Shown: piece by piece, positions 56,101 to 64,000 of the stretch
How positions within the stretch are numbered: the stretch's first letter is position 1
Layout: each line of letters starts with the position of its first letter
Origin: the human T2T-CHM13v2.0 reference genome, Homo sapiens
Assembly (NCBI RefSeq): GCF_009914755.1
Contig: NC_060932.1
Reading direction: 5' to 3' (one strand)
DNA: 64,000 bases
The notes under the pieces: generated by a model
Seen by the model: the letters and a program-made list of their open reading frames with translations, nothing else
What the model was told of the DNA's origin: nothing
Database searches by the model: none
Made by a program: the position numbers and the translations under genes

Positions 56101-58441
56101 GTCACAGAATTGAACTTCCCCTCACATAGAGCAGTTGTGCAGCACTCTATTTGTAGTATCTGGAAGTGGACATTTGGAGGGCTTTGTAGCCTATCTGGAA
56201 AAAGGAAATATCTTCCCATGAATGCGAGATAGAAGTAATCTCAGAAACATGTTTATGCTGTATCTACTCAACTAACTGTGCTGAACATTTCTATTGATAG
56301 AGCAGTTTTGAGACACTCTTCTTTTGGAATCTGCAAGTGGATATTTGGATAGATTTGAGGATTTCGTTGGAAACGGGATTATATATAAAAAGTAGACAGC
56401 AGCATTCTCAGAAACTTCTTTGTGATGTTTGCATCCAGCTCTCAGAGTTGAACATTCCCTTTCATAGAGTAGGTTTGAAACCCTCTTTTTATAGTGTCTG
56501 GAAGCGGGCATTTGGAGCGCTTTCAGGCCTATGCTTAAAATAGGAAATATCTACCTACAGAAACTAGACAGAAGCATTCTGAGAATCACGTTTGTGATGT
56601 GGGTACTCAACTAACAGTGTTGATCCATTCTTTTGATACAGCAGTTTTGAACCACACTTTTTGTAGAATCTGCAAGAGGATATTTGGATAGCTGTGAGGA
56701 TTTCGTTGGAAACGGGAATGTCTTCAAAGAAAATCTAGACAGAAGCATTCTCAGAAACACCTTCGTGATGTTTGCAATCAAGTCACAGAGTTGAACCTTC
56801 CGTTTCATAGAGCAGGTTGGAAACACTCTTATTGTAGTATCTGGAAGTGGACATTTGGAGCGCTTTCAGGCCTATGGTGAAAAAGGAAATATCTTCCCAT
56901 AAAAACGACATAGAAGCTATCTCAGGAACTTGTTTATGATGCATCTAATCAACTAACAGTGTTGAACCTTTGTACTGACAGAGCAGTTTGAAACACTCTT
57001 TTTTTGGAATCTGCAAGTGGATATTTGGATCGCTTTGAGGATTTCGTTGGAAACGGGATGCAATATAAAACGTACACAGCAGCATACTCAGAAAATACTT
57101 TGCCATATTTCCATTCAAGTCACAGAGTGGAACATTCCCATTCATAGAGCAGGTTTGAAACACACTTTTTGGAGTATCTGGAAGTGGACATTTGGAGCGC
57201 TTTCTGAACTATGGTGAAAAAGGAAATATCTTCCAATGAAAACAAGACAGAAGCATTCTGAGAAACTTATTTGTGATGTGTGTCCTCAACAAACGGACTT
57301 GAACCTTTCGTTTCATGCAGTACTTCTGGAACACTCTTTTTGAAGATTCTGCATGCGGATATTTGGATAGCTTTGAGGATTTCGTTGGAAACGGGCTTAC
57401 ATGTAAAAATTAGACAGCAGCATTCTCAGAAACTTCTTTGTGGTGTCTGCATTCAAGTCACAGAATTGAACTTCCCCTCACATAGAGCAGTTGTGCAGCA
57501 CTCTATTTGTAGTATCTCGAAGTGGACATTTGGAGGGCTTTGTAGCCTATCTGGAAAAAGGAAATATCTTCCCATGAATGCGAGATAGAAGTAATCTCAG
57601 AAACATGTTTATGCTGTATCTACTCAACTAACTGTGCTGAACATTTCTATTGATAGAGCAGTTTTGAGACACTCTTCTTTTGGAATCTGCAAGTGGATAT
57701 TTGGATAGATTTGAGGATTTCGTTGGAAACGGGATTATATATCAAAAGTAGACAGCAGCATTCTCAGAAACTTCTTTGTGATGTTTGCATCCAGCTCTCA
57801 GAGTTGAACATTCCCTTTCATAGAGTAGGTTTGAAACCCTCTTTTTATAGTGTCTGGAAGCGGGCATTTGGAGCGCTTTCAGGCCTATGCTTAAAATAGG
57901 AAATATCTACCTATAGAAACTAGACAGAAGCATTCTGAGAATCACGTTTGTGATGTGGGTACTCAACTAACAGTGTTGATCCATTCTTTTGATACAGCAG
58001 TTTTGAACCACACTTTTTGTAGAATCTGCAAGTGGATATTTGGATAGCTGTGAGGATTTCGTTGGAAACGGGAATGTCTTCATAGAAAATTTAGACAGAA
58101 GCATTCTCAGAACCTTGATTGTGATGTGTGTTCTCCACTAACAGAGTTGAACCTTTCTTTTGACAGAACTGTTCTGAAACATTCTTTTTATAGAATCTGG
58201 AAGTGGATATTTGGAAAGCTTTGAGGATTTCGTTGGAAACGGGAATATCTTCAAATCAAATCTAGCCAGAAGCATTCTAAGAAACATCTTAGGGATGTTT
58301 ACATTCAAGTCACAGAGTTGAACATTCCCTTTCACAGAGCAGGTTTGAAACAATCTTCTCGTACTATCTGGCAGTGGACATTTTGAGCTCCTTGGGGCCT
58401 ATGCTGAAAAAGGAAATATCTTCCGACAAAAACTAGACAGA
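53180..58441 (+). repeat. 31-mer HOR variant (5262 bp; three consecutive 8-mers)
   Basis: Anchor spacing is 5262, with 8-mer blocks at 53522, 54878 and 56234. Confidence 0.93.
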
Positions 58442-61400
58442 AGCATTCGCAGAATCACGTTTGTGATGTGTGCACTCAACTGTCAGAATTGAACCTTGGT
58501 TTGGACAGAGCACTTTTGAAACACTCTTTTTGCAGAATCTGCAGGTGGATATTTGGCTAGCTTTGAGGATTTCGTTGGAAACGGTAATGTCTTCAAAGAA
58601 AATCTAGACAGAAGCATTCTCAGAAACAACTTCGTGATGTTTGCAATCAAGTCACAGAGTTGAACCTTCCGTTTCATAGAGCAGGTTGGAAACACTCTTT
58701 TTGTAGTATCTGGAAGTGGACATTTGGAGGGCTTTGTAGCCTATCTGGAAAAAGGAAATATCTTCCCATGAATGCGAGATAGAAGTAATCTCAGAAACAT
58801 GTTTATGCTGTATCTACTCAACTAACTGTGCTGAACATTTCTATTGATAGAGCAGTTTTGAGACACTCTTCTTTTGGAATCTGCAAGTGGATATTTGGAT
58901 AGATTTGAGGATTTCGTTGGAAACGCGATTATATATAAAAAGTAGACAGCAGCATTCTCAGAAACTTCTTTGTGACGTTTGCATCCAGCTCTCAGAGTTG
59001 AGCATTCCCTTTCATAGAGTAGGTTTGAAACCCTCTTTTTATAGTGTCTGGAAGCGGGCATTTGGAGCGCTTTCAGGCCTATGCTTAAAATAGGAAATAT
59101 CTACCTACAGAAACTAGACAGAAGCATTCTGAGAATCACGTTTGTGATGTGGGTACTCAACTAACAGTGTTGATCCATTCTTTTGATACAGCAGTTTTGA
59201 ACCACACTTTTTGTAGAATCTGCAAGTGGATATTTGGATAGCTGTGAGGATTTCGTTGGAAACGGTAATGTCTTCAAAGAAAATCTAGACAGAAGCATTC
59301 TCAGAAACACCTTCGTGATGTTTGCAATCAAGTCACAGAGTTGAACCTTCCGTTTCATAGAGCAGGTTGGAAACACTCTTATTGTAGTATCTGGAAGTGG
59401 ACATTTGGAGCGCTTTCAGGCCTATGGTGAAAAAGGAAATATCTTCCCATAAAAACGACATAGAAGCTATCTCAGGAACTTGTTTATGATGCATCTAATC
59501 AACTAACAGTGTTGAACCTTTGTACTGACAGAGCAGTTTGAAACACTCTTTTTTTGGAATCTGCAAGTGGATATTTGGATCGCTTTGAGGATTTCGTTGG
59601 AAACGGGATGCAATATAAAACGTACACAGCAGCATACTCAGAAAATACTTTGCCATATTTCCATTCAAGTCACAGAGTGGAACATTCCCATTCATAGAGC
59701 AGGTTGGAAACACTCTTTTTGGAGTATCTGGAAGTGGACATTTGGAGCGCTTTCTGAACTATGGTGAAAAAGGAAATATCTTCCAATGAAAACAAGACAG
59801 AAGCATTCTGAGAAACTTATTTGTGATGTGTGTCCTCAACAAACGGACTTGAACCTTTCGTTTCATGCAGTACTTCTGGAACACTCTTTTTGAAGATTCT
59901 GCATGCGGATATTTGGATAGCTTTGAGGATTTCGTTGGAAACGGGCTTACATGTAAAAATTAGACAGCAGCATTCTCAGAAACTTCTTTGTGGTGTCTGC
60001 ATTCAAGTCACAGAATTGAACTTCCCCTCACATAGAGCAGTTGTGCAGCACTCTATTTGTAGTATCTGGAAGTGGACATTTGGAGGGCTTTGTAGCCTAT
60101 CTGGAAAAAGGAAATATCTTCCCATGAATGCGAGATAGAAGTAATCTCAGAAACATGTTTATGCTGTATCTACTCAACTAACTGTGCTGAACATTTCTAT
60201 TGATAGAGCAGTTTTGAGACACTCTTCTTTTGGAATCTGCAAGTGGATATTTGGATAGATTTGAGGATTTCGTTGGAAACGGGATTATATATCAAAAGTA
60301 GACAGCAGCATTCTCAGAAACTTCTTTGTGATGTTTGCATCCAGCTCTCAGAGTTGAACATTCCCTTTCATAGAGTAGGTTTGAAACCCTCTTTTTATAG
60401 TGTCTGGAAGCGGGCATTTGGAGCGCATTCAGGCCTATGCTTAAAATAGGAAATATCTACCTACAGAAACTAGACAGAAGCATTCTGAGAATCACGTTTG
60501 TGATGTGGGTACTCAACTAACAGTGTTGATCCATTCTTTTGATACAGCAGTTTTGAACCACACTTTTTGTAGAATCTGCAAGAGGATATTTGGATAGCTG
60601 TGAGGATTTCGTTGGAAACGGGAATGTCTTCAAAGAAAATCTAGACAGAAGCATTCTCAGAAACACCTTCGTGATGTTTGCAATCAAGTCACAGAGTTGA
60701 ACCTTCCGTTTCATAGAGCAGGTTGGAAACACTCTTATTGTAGTATCTGGAAGTGGACATTTGGAGCGCTTTCAGGCCTATGGTGAAAAAGGAAATATCT
60801 TCCCATAAAAACGACATAGAAGCTATCTCAGGAACTTGTTTATGATGCATCTAATCAACTAACAGTGTTGAACCTTTGTACTGACAGAGCAGTTTGAAAC
60901 ACTCTTTTTTTGGAATCTGCAAGTGGATATTTGGATCGCTTTGAGGATTTCGTTGGAAACGGGATGCAATATAAAACGTACACAGCAGCATACTCAGAAA
61001 ATACTTTGCCATATTTCCATTCAAGTCAGAGAGTGGAACATTCCCATTCATAGAGCAGGTTTGAAACACTCTTTTTGGAGTATCTGGAAGTGGACATTTG
61101 GAGCGCTTTCTGAACTATGGTGAAAAAGGAAATATCTTCCAATGAAAACAAGACAGAAGCATTCTGAGAAACTTATTTGTGATGTGTGTCCTCAACAAAC
61201 GGACTTGAACCTTTCGTTTCATGCAGTACTTCTGGAACACTCTTTTTGAAGATTCTGCATGCGTATATTTGGATAGCTTTGAGGATTTCGTTGGAAACGG
61301 GCTTACATGTAAAAATTAGACAGCAGCATTTTCAGAAACTTCTTTGTGGTGTCTGCATTCAAGTCACAGAATTGAACTTCCCCTCACATAGAGCAGTTGT

Positions 61401-63703
61401 GCAGCACTCTATTTGTAGTATCTGGAAGTGGACATTTGGAGGGCTTTGTAGCCTATCTGGAAAAAGGAAATATCTTCCCATGAATGCGAGATAGAAGTAA
61501 TCTCAGAAACATGTTTATGCTGTATCTACTCAACTAACTGTGCTGAACATTTCTATTGATAGAGCAGTTTTGAGACACTCTTCTTTTGGAATCTGCAAGT
61601 GGATATTTGGATAGATTTGAGGATTTCGTTGGAAACGGGATTATATATCAAAAGCAGACAGCAGCATTCTCAGAAACTTCTTTGTGATGTTTGCATCCAG
61701 CTCTCAGAGTTGAACATTCCCTTTCATAGAGTAGGTTTGAAACCCTCTTTTTATAGTGTCTGGAAGCGGGCATTTGGAGCGCTTTCAGGCCTATGCTTAA
61801 AATAGGAAATATCTACCTACAGAAACTAGACAGAAGCATTCTGAGAATCACGTTTGTGATGTGGGTACTCAACTAACAGTGTTGATCCATTCTTTTGATA
61901 CAGCAGTTTTGAACCACACTTTTTGTAGAATCTGCAAGAGGATATTTGGATAGCTGTGAGGATTTCGTTGGAAACGGGAATGTCTTCAAAGAAAATCTAG
62001 ACAGAAGCATTCTCAGAAACACCTTCGTGATGTTTGCAATCAAGTCACAGAGTTGAACCTTCCGTTTCATAGAGCAGGTTGGAAACACTCTTATTGTAGT
62101 ATCTGGAAGTGGACATTTGGAGCGCTTTCAGGCCTATGGTGAAAAAGGAAATATCTTCCCATAAAAACGACATAGAAGCTATCTCAGGAACTTGTTTATG
62201 ATGCATCTAATCAACTAACAGTGTTGAACCTTTGTACTGACAGAGCAGTTTGAAACACTCTTTTTTTGGAATCTGCAAGTGGATATTTGGATCGCTTTGA
62301 GGATTTCGTTGGAAACGCGATGCAATATAAAACGTACACAGCAGCATACTCAGAAAATACTTTGCCATATTTCCATTCAAGTCACAGAGTGGAACATTCC
62401 CATTCATAGAGCAGGTTTGAAACACACTTTTTGGAGTATCTGGAAGTGGACATTTGGAGCGCTTTCTGAACTATGGTGAAAAAGGAAATATCTTCCAATG
62501 AAAACAAGACAGAAGCATTCTGAGAAACTTATTTGTGATGTGTGTCCTCAACAAACGGACTTGAACCTTTCGTTTCATGCAGTACTTCTGGAACACTCTT
62601 TTTGAAGATTCTGCATGCGGATATTTGGATAGCTTTGAGGATTTCGTTGGAAACGGGCTTACATGTAAAAATTAGACAGCAGCATTCTCAGAAACTTCTT
62701 TGTGGTGTCTGCATTCAAGTCACAGAATTGAACTTCCCCTCACATAGAGCAGTTGTGCAGCACTCTATTTGTAGTATCTCGAAGTGGACATTTGGAGGGC
62801 TTTGTAGCCTATCTGGAAAAAGGAAATATCTTCCCATGAATGCGAGATAGAAGTAATCTCAGAAACATGTTTATGCTGTATCTACTCAACTAACTGTGCT
62901 GAACATTTCTATTGATAGAGCAGTTTTGAGACACTCTTCTTTTGGAATCTGCAAGTGGATATTTGGATAGATTTGAGGATTTCGTTGGAAACGGGATTAT
63001 ATATCAAAAGTAGACAGCAGCATTCTCAGAAACTTCTTTGTGATGTTTGCATCCAGCTCTCAGAGTTGAACATTCCCTTTCATAGAGTAGGTTTGAAACC
63101 CTCTTTTTATAGTGTCTGGAAGCGGGCATTTGGAGCGCTTTCAGGCCTATGCTTAAAATAGGAAATATCTACCTATAGAAACTAGACAGAAGCATTCTGA
63201 GAATCACGTTTGTGATGTGGGTACTCAACTAACAGTGTTGATCCATTCTTTTGATACAGCAGTTTTGAACCACACTTTTTGTAGAATCTGCAAGTGGATA
63301 TTTGGATAGCTGTGAGGATTTCGTTGGAAACGGGAATGTCTTCATAGAAAATTTAGACAGAAACATTCTCAGAACCTTGATTGTGATGTGTGTTCTCCAC
63401 TAACAGAGTTGAACCTTTCTTTTGACAGAACTGTTCTGAAACATTCTTTTTATAGAATCTGGAAGTGGATATTTGGAAAGCTTTGAGGATTTCGTTGGAA
63501 ACGGGAATATCTTCAAATCAAATCTAGCCAGAAGCATTCTAAGAAACATCTTAGGGATGTTTACATTCAAGTCACAGAGTTGAACATTCCCTTTCACAGA
63601 GCAGGTTTGAAACAATCTTCTCGTACTATCTGGCAGTGGACATTTTGAGCTCCTTGGGGCCTATGCTGAAAAAGGAAATATCTTCCGACAAAAACTAGAC
63701 AGA
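58442..63703 (+). repeat. 31-mer HOR variant (5262 bp; three consecutive 8-mers)
   Basis: Anchor spacing is 5262, with 8-mer blocks at 58784, 60140 and 61496. Confidence 0.93.
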
Positions 63704-64000
63704 AGCATTCGCAGAATCACGTTTGTGATGTGTGCACTCAACTGTCAGAATTGAACCTTGGATTGGACAGAGCACTTTTGAAACACTCTCTTTGTAGAAT
63801 CTGCAGGTGGATATTTGGCTAGCTTTGAGGATTTCGTTGGAAACGGTAATGTCTTCAAAGAAAATCTAGACAGAAGCATTCTCAGAAACACCTTCGTGAT
63901 ATTTGCAATCAAGTCACAGAGTTGAACCTTCCGTTTCATAGAGCAGGTTGGAAACACTCTTTTTGTAGTATCTGGAAGTGGACATTTGGAGGGCTTTGTA
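63704..64000 (+). repeat. Partial HOR (monomer a and most of b/f), truncated by the window edge
   Basis: Anchor at 63704. The window ends in the f-type tail GGAGGGCTTTGTA. Confidence 0.9.

Larger units (their letters stand above)
1..64000 (+). repeat. Alpha-satellite higher-order repeat array, centromeric, SF2-like; most likely human chr8 D8Z2 (S2C8H1L)
   Basis: Seen: continuous head-to-tail 166-172 bp monomers with the alphoid consensus (AGCATTCTCAGAAAC...GTTGAAC...CATAGAGCAG...GGATATTTGG...GAGGATTTCGTTGGAAACGGGA), near-identical HOR copies, and a CENP-B box in about every second monomer. Alpha-satellite identity is essentially certain. The chr8 assignment is inferred from unit sizes (1868/2549/3905 bp, one HindIII site per unit) and the 4/7/8/11-mer sub-structure, recalled from the D8Z2 literature (about 0.8 confidence). 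Confidence 0.98.

Noticed and set aside
53180-63703. The two 5262 bp units as a direct tandem duplication or assembly stutter
   Set aside because: Their first and second 8-mers differ in diagnostic alleles (CGGGA versus CGGTA box, GAGCATT/CAAGTGG versus GAACATT/CAAGAGG, several singletons). Equal length follows from the 1194 + 3 x 1356 grammar.
42-63957. About 200 short ORFs (64-102 aa) on both strands
   Set aside because: They recur at exact HOR offsets and many start at GTG/TTG. They are translations of alphoid monomers (ISLETG is the CENP-B box), resemble no protein family I recognise, and are freely broken by SNVs. They were used only as positional markers.
1-64000. Embedded transposon (L1/Alu), inversion or non-satellite insert
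   Set aside because: Every inter-anchor distance is fully accounted for by whole monomers (1868, 2548-2550, 3905-3906, 5262). The boxes I read are all on the + strand, and I saw no poly-A tail or target-site duplication.
1-64000. A previously undescribed biological system
   Set aside because: Everything visible is explained by known alpha-satellite HOR biology. Only array-evolution details remain as candidates for novelty.

Overview
The whole 64 kb window is one uninterrupted, single-orientation array of primate centromeric alpha satellite (~171 bp monomers, alternating CENP-B-box B-type and pJalpha A-type monomers, SF2-like dimeric ancestry). It contains no genes: all listed ORFs are repeat-frame artefacts recurring at HOR periodicity. 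I saw no transposon insertion or inversion. Counting from the unique monomer start AGCATTCGCAG, there are 21 complete higher-order repeat (HOR) units plus a partial one: fourteen 15-mers (2548-2550 bp), four 23-mers (3905-3906 bp), two 31-mers (5262 bp) and one 11-mer (1868 bp). All of them can be built from an 11-monomer base unit (a-k) plus two hybrid monomers (b/f and i/a) that define 7-, 8- and 4-mer loops. This 1.9/2.5/3.9 kb size set and the 4/7/8/11 grammar match what I recall for the live human chromosome 8 array D8Z2 (S2C8H1L), but I could not verify that by alignment. I found no new biological system. What merits a second look is the array's internal history: a rightward increase in 8-mer copies, a 6.45 kb tandem duplication, a ~23-24 kb-offset duplication, a diverged 11-mer island, recombinant monomers, and gain and loss of CENP-B boxes. 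SNV comparisons were made by eye and are not exhaustive.
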